36,890 bases of DNA from Clostridia bacterium (GTDB lineage Bacteria; Bacillota; Clostridia; Oscillospirales; CAG-382), in contig JAFXKQ010000058.1 in assembly GCA_017531625.1 (NCBI GenBank), positions 1 through 36,890 on the forward strand, in the 5' to 3' direction. Below the pieces are notes generated by a model. The model did no database searches. It was not told the origin of the DNA and was given only the letters and a program-made list of their open reading frames with translations. A program made the position numbers and the translations under genes. Positions 8,494 through 16,845 of the stretch are shown here, one piece after another; positions within the stretch are counted from its first letter, which is position 1, and every line of letters starts with the position of its first letter.

Positions 8494-9582
8494 TCAGCCC
8501 GTAAACGCAAGAGAGGGCTTAGCCTGAACGTACTTTTTAACCATGAGTGCAACCTTAAAGGTGATGGCATGCTCAAACTCTCTTAAATCAAGACCTGTGA
8601 GCTTCTTGATTTTTTCAAGACGGTAAACCAAGGTGTTTCTGTGAACGAAAAGCTTACGGCTGGTTTCGGACACGTTGAGGTTGTTCTCAAAGAACGCCTG
8701 AATCGTCACAAGAGTTTCCCTGTCAAGACTGTCAAGAGAGCCTCTCTTGAACACCTCCTGCAAGAACATCTCGCAAAGTGTGGACGGAAGCTGATAAATC
8801 AATCTGCCGATGCCGAGATTTTCGTAATTGATGGTGCTCTTTTCCGGTTCAAAAATGCTTCCTACGCTGATGGCAACCTGAGAATCCTTGTAAGAGCGTG
8901 CAAGGTCCTTTATGTTAGAAACGGTAGTGCCGATGCCGACAACCACTTTAAGCAGGAATTCGCTGGAAGCGGTGTCAACAATGTCCTTTGCAATGGACTC
9001 AATGTTTTTAAGTTCGGAAGCGTTCTTCATCTCTTTGACGAGAACAACATCATTTTCACCGACGCTGATAACGTAATCACGGTTCTTGTCCGGGAACATG
9101 TTCTGCACCACATCAAAGGGGATAATGTCACCCTTGTTGATGAAACGGATAAGGAACACAACACGATTCACTTCGTTGTCAAAATGAAGCTCCTTGGACT
9201 TAATGTAAATGTCGCCGGGAAGGATGTTGTCAAGAATGATGTTCTTTATAAAATTGGTCTTATCGTACTTTTCATCATAAAGGGTTTTTATGTTTGAGAG
9301 GGAAACAGAAAGAAGCTGTGACGTGCTCTTTGCAAGCTCGTCCTCGCCTTCAACAAAAACAATGTATTCAATGTGAGCATGAGAACCAATGGGCTTGTAG
9401 GTGTAGCCGTTAAAAGCAACGCTGTCAAAGGAATAGGAAATCTCCTCAACCGCGTCACGTCTAACCTCGCCTATCCTGGTAAGTTGCGAACAGGCAATAA
9501 CAGTACCACGGTCGTCAATAACGCCAATCATGCGGTTAACGGCGTCTTTCATCTGATAAATCAAACCTTGAAATAACTTCAT
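8494..9582 (-). CDS. CdaR/PucR family transcriptional regulator
   Basis: N-terminal sensor (IGVIDDRGTVIA), GGDEF-like middle, C-terminal HTH LFVHRNTLVYRLEKI. Confidence 0.92.
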   Translation of the reverse strand: MKLFQGLIYQMKDAVNRMIGVIDDRGTVIACSQLTRIGEVRRDAVEEISYSFDSVAFNGYTYKPIGSHAHIEYIVFVEGEDELAKSTSQLLSVSLSNIKTLYDEKYDKTNFIKNIILDNILPGDIYIKSKELHFDNEVNRVVFLIRFINKGDIIPFDVVQNMFPDKNRDYVISVGENDVVLVKEMKNASELKNIESIAKDIVDTASSEFLLKVVVGIGTTVSNIKDLARSYKDSQVAISVGSIFEPEKSTINYENLGIGRLIYQLPSTLCEMFLQEVFKRGSLDSLDRETLVTIQAFFENNLNVSETSRKLFVHRNTLVYRLEKIKKLTGLDLREFEHAITFKVALMVKKYVQAKPSLAFTG

Positions 9583-9764
9583 ACCTCAAATTCCGTCCTT
9601 GCATTCGTCACACAAATACGGATTCTCTATCCAAAGCATTGCAACCCAAACCAAACTTCAAATCACAAAGGTTCCGGTGCAGAATCGGCAAACTGCTGCG
9701 AATACCGAATCCCCAACAATCGGGAAACAACTAAGGGAAGTTCACCCCTCGTCACCCGATTAGT

Positions 9765-9793
9765 ATTATAAACGATTGCTCCCGAATTTTCAA
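9765..9793 (-). promoter_or_regulatory. Sigma-A promoter for the CdaR-family gene
   Basis: TTGAAA-N17-TATAAT. Confidence 0.75.
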
Positions 9794-9942
9794 GTACTTT
9801 TGCGTAATTCTAACAAAAAAATTCTCAAAAATTTGTTGCTTTTAACTCTTTTTTACCACTAAAACCCATAAAGAATCAGTTAGAGGCGCAAAAATTGTCG
9901 AAAACTTCCTCTGTGAACGGATTATTTTTTGTACAAAACGCC

Positions 9943-9971
9943 TTGACTTTTAGATAGGATTTTGATAGAAT
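9943..9971 (+). promoter_or_regulatory. Sigma-A promoter for the DUF1292 gene (possibly also 6S RNA)
   Basis: TTGACT-N17-TAGAAT with extended -10 TG. Confidence 0.7.
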
Positions 9972-10055
9972 ACCTTTACAGTCGGGGGCATCCCCCAACC
10001 AACATATTTTTCTAAAAGGAGGGCGCGGCGGAGCAGTCCGTTTGCGTATCATACG

Positions 10056-10382
10056 ATGACCGATAATCACGACAACATTAACGAGCTTCCGGAAGAAGTT
10101 GAAACTTGCGTTCTTGTGGACGAAGACGGAAACGAAAGCGTTTTTGAATTGATTGGCGAGCTTGAAATCGACGGCGCAGAGTATCTTGCGTTTATGCCCA
10201 TTGAAAGTGACGATTGCGAGTACGTTATTCTTAAGAAAGAGCGTGATGAGAACGGCGAGGAAACTCTTGTAACCATCGACGACGATGACGAGTTTGAGCG
10301 TGTTGCCGAGGAGTTTGAGGACCGCCTCATGGATGAGCTTGACCTTGACGAGCTTGACGGCGACAACGAGGACGACGACTAA
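10056..10382 (+). CDS. DUF1292 family acidic protein
   Basis: LVDEDGNE..FE...EIDG.EY...L.TIDDDDEFERV pattern. Confidence 0.88.
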   Translation: MTDNHDNINELPEEVETCVLVDEDGNESVFELIGELEIDGAEYLAFMPIESDDCEYVILKKERDENGEETLVTIDDDDEFERVAEEFEDRLMDELDLDELDGDNEDDD

Positions 10383-10437
10383 AACGGGGCCTATCTTCCC
10401 CCTTTTGTCTTGAATTAACCGTTACTGCGAAAAAAGT

Positions 10438-10642
10438 ACTCCTGCTTGATTCGTGTTGTTCCCGTGTAAAAACCCACATTAACGAAGAGGAGCCTGGGCT
10501 TCTTATTTCGGGAATGCAGACCTCCCATACCTGCGCTGCTTTAGTCACCGCGGAGTATGGACGTTGGGAGCGCAAAGAATAAGAGAGGGCACCTACCTGC
10601 ACAGAGCAGGGTTTCGTTCACGGGCCACGGTCCGGTGGGAGA
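10438..10642 (+). ncRNA. ssrS: 6S RNA (ends approximate)
   Basis: AGAGGGCACCTACCTGCACAGAGCAGGGTT resembles the conserved Firmicute 6S 3' bubble. The ends pair (CTCC/GGAG, CCCGTG/CACGGG, AACGAA/TTCGTT). About 200 nt, followed by a terminator. Confidence 0.8.
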
Positions 10643-10664
10643 GCTTAGTTTTCAAAACGTATTT

Positions 10665-10701
10665 AAAAGAGCTTTGCGAAAACGTTCCGCAAAGCTCTTT
10701 T
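10665..10701. terminator. Bidirectional intrinsic terminator
   Basis: AAAAGAGCTTTGCG-N9-CGCAAAGCTCTTTT between convergent transcripts. Confidence 0.85.
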
Positions 10702-10710
10702 CTGTTTCTG

Positions 10711-11547
10711 TTAAGAGTTCAAATCTAAATTTTCGATACGAATTGAAGCTATTATGTCCTCAATCCACCCAGAGCTTTCTGCGATAGCTTGGTTATGGCA
10801 TCTCGCTACCACCTCAAACAGAAATCCCTCGTACTCAAAGCTCATCAAAAACACTTTGTACGGGTTTTCAGCCCTCGTCTTTGTTTTTGTGTAATACTTT
10901 CCGTATTCAAACTCGCCTTCGCCCGTTATGTACTCCTCACTGCTTTGTGCAATTACGCTGTCGGAGAGCTTTTTCCCTTCTGTTATGGTTACACTTATGC
11001 TGGGATAACCCTCTGTCTTGTTGTAAAGCAGATAGGAAAACTTTGTCTCCTTCGGCCAATAGCAAGTAAATGTATCAGGATAGGCAAAATCTAAGGAAAC
11101 AATCAAGGGCAATTCTTCTCTTATGTCAAAGGTTTTATAAAGCACGTCCGTTTCTCTTATGGGCTTATCTCTTGCCTCAACCTTAGCCTTTTCGTTAATC
11201 AGAAAGCTCTTTATTTCGTTATAAAAAGCCTCTGTATACAAATCTCCGCCTTTTTCGTGCGGAATTTTGTAACTGCCAAGCTCATAGTACCAAAGGGGTG
11301 GTAAACAGCCCGAATAGCCGTATAACAAGCCCTTTTTATCCGTGTCGTCTCCGTAGCATTCGCCGTAATCGTCAAATCCCTCGGCGTAGTAATAATCCAC
11401 TCTATAAGAGGTGTCTTCATAAGAGGTTTCTTCGTTTTCGCTTACGGCATCGGAAGGCACAAGACTCTCGTTGTCCGTTTTGCCTTCACAAGCACACAAG
11501 CCGAAAACAAAGACAAAAGCTAACAATAAACAAAACAATTTTTTCAC
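10711..11547 (-). CDS. Hypothetical lipoprotein
   Basis: GTG start with RBS AGGAGG, lipobox-like GLCAC, no recognised domain. Confidence 0.8.
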   Translation of the reverse strand: MKKLFCLLLAFVFVFGLCACEGKTDNESLVPSDAVSENEETSYEDTSYRVDYYYAEGFDDYGECYGDDTDKKGLLYGYSGCLPPLWYYELGSYKIPHEKGGDLYTEAFYNEIKSFLINEKAKVEARDKPIRETDVLYKTFDIREELPLIVSLDFAYPDTFTCYWPKETKFSYLLYNKTEGYPSISVTITEGKKLSDSVIAQSSEEYITGEGEFEYGKYYTKTKTRAENPYKVFLMSFEYEGFLFEVVARCHNQAIAESSGWIEDIIASIRIENLDLNS

Positions 11548-11638
11548 AATTCTACCTCCTACCGCTCTAATCGCAAGGAATCAATCCTATCGTTTATAGC
11601 CGTTTTGCAATCATTACAAAACAGAGAATAATAATTCT

Positions 11639-11656
11639 CGCAAAGCTCTTTTTTGT
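11639..11656 (+). repeat. Direct repeat of the 6S terminator 3' arm
   Basis: CGCAAAGCTCTTTTTTGT versus CGCAAAGCTCTTTTCTGT at 10688-10705 (17/18). Confidence 0.8.
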
Positions 11657-11675
11657 CCCGTACGGGCTTTCCTTT

Positions 11676-12788
11676 TTATTGGTTTTTATTTATGTCAATC
11701 ACCACGTATTCGCTCTTTTCGGCGGTTCTCACCGAAAAGCCCCAGCCCGAGATGCCCGATGTAACAACAGCATTAAAATCACCGTCTTTTTTCAAGCCGT
11801 AGTTCATCTCGTTTATGCCGAAAAGCTCCGAAAACTGTCCCAAGGGCCAAATCTGACCTGCGTGGGTGTGTCCCGAAAGCTGTAAATCCACTCCCAGCTC
11901 TGCCGCCGTTTTCAAATCCTTCGGTTGATGATCGAGAAGCAAAACAAACCTTTCCCTGTTAACCTCCGACAAAAGCGTCGAAAGCTCTTTTCTTTCAGAG
12001 CCGAAATGCCCCATGGAGGCGTCATTACGCCCCACAACGCAAAACTCGTTTCCAATCTCCACGCACTCATCTTCAAGAACGGTTATCCCGTTCTTTTCAA
12101 ATTCAGCCTCAATTTCTTCTCCGCCAAAGCCCCTTCCGTTTCTGTAATGACCTCGATCGTGGTTTCCGTAAACAAAGTATGTGCCGTACTTAGTTTCAAC
12201 GCCGCCGAGAACTTCGGCCGCTTTGACCATCTCCGCAAGGCTTGTCCCTTCGTCAAACAAATCTCCTACCAAAACGAAAACGTCGGGATTCTCCGCTTGA
12301 ATCTTTCCGCAGTACTCCTTAAGCTCCGACGAATCAATGGAATTACCCAGATGAAGGTCGGCAATCATCGCCACCCTCAGCTCTACTTCCTTTTCACTCC
12401 GTAGCTCGTAACGTGTTGCGGTGACATGGTTAATGTTCCAAAATCCGTAGAACAGAACACAGGCAGTAACTACAAGCGTAAGCAATCCGCTGGCATAAAG
12501 CTTCAACCGCTTAAAATCCTTCTTAAAATGCTTGACTGCCCTTTCTGCAACCAGATAAACAAAATCCGTAACTGCACCGCAAAGAATCAGCATCAGCACC
12601 GATGACATTCCCACTCCAAAAACGTCGGTAAAAGCCGAGACAAGCAACAAAACCGCCGCCACCGCGGAACAAGAGTAGAGCACCGATTTTTTCTCAACAC
12701 CGAAAAAGCTTAAGATCCGCTTCGCAAGGAAAAAAAGATAAAGCCCGCCAAGCACACCGACCGCCAGGAATAAAGCCACAAAAATCAT
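11676..12788 (-). CDS. Membrane-anchored metallophosphoesterase (YkuE-like)
   Basis: N-terminal TMs and motifs DLHLG, GDLFD, GNHD, DHQP, SGHTHAGQ. Confidence 0.92.
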   Translation of the reverse strand: MIFVALFLAVGVLGGLYLFFLAKRILSFFGVEKKSVLYSCSAVAAVLLLVSAFTDVFGVGMSSVLMLILCGAVTDFVYLVAERAVKHFKKDFKRLKLYASGLLTLVVTACVLFYGFWNINHVTATRYELRSEKEVELRVAMIADLHLGNSIDSSELKEYCGKIQAENPDVFVLVGDLFDEGTSLAEMVKAAEVLGGVETKYGTYFVYGNHDRGHYRNGRGFGGEEIEAEFEKNGITVLEDECVEIGNEFCVVGRNDASMGHFGSERKELSTLLSEVNRERFVLLLDHQPKDLKTAAELGVDLQLSGHTHAGQIWPLGQFSELFGINEMNYGLKKDGDFNAVVTSGISGWGFSVRTAEKSEYVVIDINKNQ

Positions 12789-14158
12789 AACGCCTCCTGT
12801 TCTAACCTCAGCTTTCTAAGGTCCACGGCGAAAACCGCCGTCACAACCACAGCAGAAACAACCCAAATCACCGGTTCCGCAATGCAAATCCCGATGTAAC
12901 CGAGATAAGGCGCAAACAAAGTCGCGGCAACAAATTTAAGAACCAATTCAATAGCTCCCGAAACGATGGGAACAGCCTTTTTACCAAGGCCCTGCAAAGC
13001 GCTTCTGAACACGAAAAGCAGATTCAGAACAAAGAAGAACGGAAGGTTTATGCGCATGTACATAACAGCCTCCGAAATGATTTGCTCATCCGTCGAAGCG
13101 GTAAGCATTTCCGCAAGCTCCGCACCGAAAAGGTAAATCACCGCCACGCCCAACGCCGACCATAAAGAACCCGCAATCAGAGTGCTCTTAATGCCTGAAG
13201 TAATGCGTTCATAACGCTTTGCACCGTAGTTCTGACCCACAAAAGTGGCAGCCGCAGTACCAAGGGTGCTGAGCGGAAGCATAAACAGCCCGTCCAAACG
13301 TCTTGCGGCACCCGTAGCTGTAATGGTGGCTTTGTCGAAACCGTTAATCGCTCTTTGAAGCGCAAACGAACCGAGAGAAACAAGTGAGCTGATCAAGCCC
13401 ATGGACAAGCCCATCAAAGCAAGCTCGGAGAAAAGCGGCGCCTCTAAACGAAAATCTCCCTTTTTGACATGAAGCTCAGGCCGCTTTTTCCAAATGTAAG
13501 AAAAAACAAGAACCACCGAAACCGCCTGAGCGCAAACCGTAGCGAGGGCGATTCCGCCCACGTTCATTCCCAGCCCCTTTACAAAAAACAAATCAAGACC
13601 CACGTTAAGCAACGAAGTAAAAATCAAGAAAACAAGAGGTGTCCTGCTGTCGCCTACCGCACGCAGAACGCTCGCCCCCATGTTGTAGAGAATTGTGGTT
13701 ATTATTCCCCCAATTATGATGGAAATGTACGAATAAGCCTCACCGTAAAGCGTCTCAGGCACATCTATAAGACTCATCAAGGAATCCAACAACAAAAGAC
13801 CGAGGGCAGTAAAAACCGCCGCTGTTGCAAGATTTATCAACAGCATGTGGGCAACAGCTTTACGCATGCGCTCCATGTTCTTCGCACCGAAAAGACGGGT
13901 AACCACGATGGCGCTGCCGTTGTTCATTCCGTTTGCCATTCCGATTATTACGCCGTAAATGCTGCCCGTTGCGGAAATTGCCGCAAGAGCGTCTTCCCCG
14001 AGGGTTTCTCCGGAAATCCGCATGTCTGCAAGATTGTAAAATTGCTGAAAGAGGTTGCCAAGCAAAATCGGCAACGCAAACAGTATGATAACCTTAAAAG
14101 GATTTCCAACTGTCATGTCGCCCCGCTTTGAAAGGGGCATTTTTTTCACTTCGGTCAT
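12785..14158 (-). CDS. MATE family efflux transporter
   Basis: FALPILLGNLFQQFYNLAD, LRAVGDSRTPL, GQNYGAK. Confidence 0.95.
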   Translation of the reverse strand: MTEVKKMPLSKRGDMTVGNPFKVIILFALPILLGNLFQQFYNLADMRISGETLGEDALAAISATGSIYGVIIGMANGMNNGSAIVVTRLFGAKNMERMRKAVAHMLLINLATAAVFTALGLLLLDSLMSLIDVPETLYGEAYSYISIIIGGIITTILYNMGASVLRAVGDSRTPLVFLIFTSLLNVGLDLFFVKGLGMNVGGIALATVCAQAVSVVLVFSYIWKKRPELHVKKGDFRLEAPLFSELALMGLSMGLISSLVSLGSFALQRAINGFDKATITATGAARRLDGLFMLPLSTLGTAAATFVGQNYGAKRYERITSGIKSTLIAGSLWSALGVAVIYLFGAELAEMLTASTDEQIISEAVMYMRINLPFFFVLNLLFVFRSALQGLGKKAVPIVSGAIELVLKFVAATLFAPYLGYIGICIAEPVIWVVSAVVVTAVFAVDLRKLRLEQEAL

Positions 14159-14257
14159 TCTTGTTTTCCCCAGCTATTCAATAAAATAAAACTTGCGAGC
14201 AAGCGCAAATCAACGAGGGCCTTTGGTTTAAACAGCCACTCCTTTTCAACAGAGCAA

Positions 14258-14286
14258 ATTATAAACCACATTAAAGCGTTTGTCAA
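14258..14286 (-). promoter_or_regulatory. Consensus sigma-A promoter for the MATE-phosphoesterase operon
   Basis: TTGACA-N17-TATAAT. Confidence 0.85.
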
Positions 14287-14290
14287 CAAA

Positions 14291-15202
14291 TCACAAAAAA
14301 AGACTTGCCCCTAAGCCCATTACAGCACACTGGAAAATTTTAGAGAGGAAATAAGGCTTCAAAGACAGTTTACTCTCAACCGCCGAAACTACCTGACAGT
14401 GTACACAAAGCCCCGACCATCCGAGAAGCAGAGCGCAATCCCTTAAAGCTCCCACTCCTCCCCTCTCGGCACAAAGACTTATTCCGCTCGAAAACTCAAA
14501 GAACCCCCGCAAAAGCGGACTTGAAAACCACGGGAAAGTCTCAACCGCAAGGGCTCCCACCACCCCAAAAACCACGATGAATGAACAAATTCCAAGCATC
14601 GTCATCCCGCTGTCGGTTACCGCCTTAACAAAGCTCTTAGCTTTTACGGTTCTTTCCGCACCCTTGATGCTCCCTCTCTCCCCTCTCGAGAAAAGCACAA
14701 GCTTAAAAACCGCGGCGCAACAAATCGCCGAGAACAGTTGTAGAACCAAAAGCTTTACCCCAATCATCTTGCAAGAAAACAGATTTTGCCCCACGAAACC
14801 CACCACAAAAGAAGCGCTCGCATTGTTAGAAAAACAAAGGAGGTACTCTGCCTCTCGCTTTCTAAGCTTTCCTTGATCGTAGAGCGCAGTACAAACCCTC
14901 GCACCCAATGGGAAACCGCCCAAAGCCCCTAAAATCAGCAAAGAAATCTCCGTGCCGTAAAAAGGTATCCTCCGACAGATACGCATAAAAAGCGGAGAAG
15001 AACAAACCAAATCCGAAAAAACCAGAAACAAAAAAAGAGACGGCACAATTCGCCTTGCGCAAAATCCGAGGTAATCAAAGACAAATTTCTCTGCCTCTCT
15101 GCTTCGAACAAACAAAAGAGCCGTCACCGCAAGACTTACCGCAAAGAGCATCTTTTCCGAGGCATCGTGAAATGCAAATTTTTTCTTATTCAAGTGCAAC
15201 AC
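14291..15202 (-). CDS. ylbJ: Sporulation integral membrane protein, YlbJ-like
   Basis: IVPSLF, GGFPLGA, FSNNASASF, FEFSSG, GWSGLCVHCQV. Confidence 0.75.
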   Translation of the reverse strand: MLHLNKKKFAFHDASEKMLFAVSLAVTALLFVRSREAEKFVFDYLGFCARRIVPSLFLFLVFSDLVCSSPLFMRICRRIPFYGTEISLLILGALGGFPLGARVCTALYDQGKLRKREAEYLLCFSNNASASFVVGFVGQNLFSCKMIGVKLLVLQLFSAICCAAVFKLVLFSRGERGSIKGAERTVKAKSFVKAVTDSGMTMLGICSFIVVFGVVGALAVETFPWFSSPLLRGFFEFSSGISLCAERGGVGALRDCALLLGWSGLCVHCQVVSAVESKLSLKPYFLSKIFQCAVMGLGASLFL

Positions 15203-15282
15203 TCCTCCAAAAACAATGTATTTAAAGCCTTAGAATTTTTAGAACAGCAAAGGCATATAAATTGTTTTGGGAGGTGAGCTGT

Positions 15283-15549
15283 GTGTCAGACTTACTGAAA
15301 TCGGGCAAAGAAGCGGTTTTGCCTTGCTACTTTGAACTTAGAGGGCGCAAAGAAATGCTAATCGACGGCTTTGAATCCCTTGTGGGTTACGACGAAAAGG
15401 AAATCCGCTTTATTTGCGGGGGCTACCTCGTAAAGGTGCAGGGAAACGGCTTAAAACTGGAGTTTCTGAATGACGGCAAAGCGGTTCTCCGAGGAATTCT
15501 GGACAGTTTTGAGTTCTCGGGCAAGGGGGAAAAGAATTGCAGAGAATAA
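15283..15549 (+). CDS. yqfC: YabP/YqfC family sporulation protein
   Basis: Small beta-rich protein directly upstream of yqfD. GTG at 15283 follows RBS GGAGG. Confidence 0.75.
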   Translation: MSDLLKSGKEAVLPCYFELRGRKEMLIDGFESLVGYDEKEIRFICGGYLVKVQGNGLKLEFLNDGKAVLRGILDSFEFSGKGEKNCRE

Positions 15550-16742
15550 TCCACGGACTTTTTGGACACCTTCTTCTCAGAATCGAAGGTGCAGAAGCCC
15601 TTAATGCAATAAATCGGCTTAACAAAGAAGAAATCCCTTTCTGGGGGCTAAAAAAAGATGACGGAGCACTTTTTATAAAATGCTCCGTCTTTTCAGCAAA
15701 AAAGGTATTCCGTACACTAAACGACTGTAACGTTAAGTACCGCACAGAAGAAGAAAAAGGACTACCCTTTCTTTTTAACAGGTACAGAAAACGTGCCGGA
15801 CTTTTAGCAGGCGTGGTTCTCTCCCTTGTGCTGATTTACGCCTCAAGCCTTTTTCTTTGGGACATAAGACTGAGCTGTAACGGCGAACACGACGAGAACA
15901 AAGCCATAAACTCACTTTATAAATTAGGGGTACGTGAAGGCGTTACCCTATCGAGTATTGATGTCCACCGTGCGGAGCTGAGTTTTCTGATAGAAAACCC
16001 CGAGTACTCGGACATCGCGATAAACATTGAAGGAACCGTAGCCTGCGTAGAATTAAGGATGAGAGAAAGCTTACCGCCCACGCCCGACCGTGAAGGAATT
16101 TACGACATCGTAGCATGCCGTGACGGGATAATCCATTCGGTAACCGCAACAAACGGAGAACCCGCCGTAAAAAAAGGTGACACTGTCAGGAAAGGCGACG
16201 TGTTGATTAACGGCGTCATAACGGGAAAATACGGCGCCTCCTATGCGCTTCATGCGGAAGGAGAGGTTTTAGCCACGGTTTACAGAGATTTCTCCGTGGT
16301 AATTCCGCTAAACACAACAGAAAAGCAGTACACGGGAAACACAGAGTCCAAAACCTCCGTAAAAATTTTGGGGATGACCTTTGATTTTTTCCTCAACGAG
16401 TTGTCACCCTACGAAAAGAGCGACGCGGAAGCAAGCAAAGAAAAGCTAAAACTCTTCAACTCGGTGATTTTACCCATCACAGTTGAAAAAATCCGTTACA
16501 AGGAGTACGAAATCAAAGACCTGAGCATCACCGAAGACGAAGGCTTAAAACGCGCAGAAAACGCCCTTAAAGCCTGGATGGAGCGCAACATAAAAGGAGA
16601 GGTAATTTCCGTAAAAGCAGAGCATGACCTGAACCGAGAACACCAAATTCTGATTTACAGAGCCCAAATTGAAGCGGTGGAGGAAATCGGAGCAGAAAAG
16701 GAACTCACTCTTCGGGAACTTTCGGAAAAGGCGGACAAATGA
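15537..16742 (+). CDS. yqfD: Sporulation protein YqfD
   Basis: RYRKR-TM, DIVA..DGII...G.P.VKKGD.V.KGDVLI.G. Confidence 0.88.
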   Translation: MQRIIHGLFGHLLLRIEGAEALNAINRLNKEEIPFWGLKKDDGALFIKCSVFSAKKVFRTLNDCNVKYRTEEEKGLPFLFNRYRKRAGLLAGVVLSLVLIYASSLFLWDIRLSCNGEHDENKAINSLYKLGVREGVTLSSIDVHRAELSFLIENPEYSDIAINIEGTVACVELRMRESLPPTPDREGIYDIVACRDGIIHSVTATNGEPAVKKGDTVRKGDVLINGVITGKYGASYALHAEGEVLATVYRDFSVVIPLNTTEKQYTGNTESKTSVKILGMTFDFFLNELSPYEKSDAEASKEKLKLFNSVILPITVEKIRYKEYEIKDLSITEDEGLKRAENALKAWMERNIKGEVISVKAEHDLNREHQILIYRAQIEAVEEIGAEKELTLRELSEKADK

Positions 16743-16776
16743 ACTCACGGCAATTCAAAAAAATTGTTTTAATCTC

Positions 16777-16805
16777 TTGAATTTGGATATTATTAGGAGT
16801 ATAAT
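16777..16805 (+). promoter_or_regulatory. Sigma-A promoter for the second MATE gene
   Basis: TTGAAT-N17-TATAAT. Confidence 0.7.
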
Positions 16806-16845
16806 CGGTTTCGAGAGATTTGTTTTTATTAAAAAGAGGAATTCT

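Noticed and set aside
3877-9582. cdaR-ftsE-ftsX-M23-S41 cluster as a novel system
   Set aside because: This is a familiar housekeeping arrangement in Clostridia.
10327-10787. ORFs 10327-10602 and 10557-10787
   Set aside because: They overlap the probable 6S RNA and its terminator and have no protein-like features.
14223-14232. Isolated TTGGTTTAAA matching the cassette arm motif
   Set aside because: A single copy with no att core or phased repeats nearby, so probably chance.
16669-16845. N-terminal extension of the second MATE given in the ORF track
   Set aside because: It overlaps yqfD and the gene's own promoter. ATG 16846 has the RBS.
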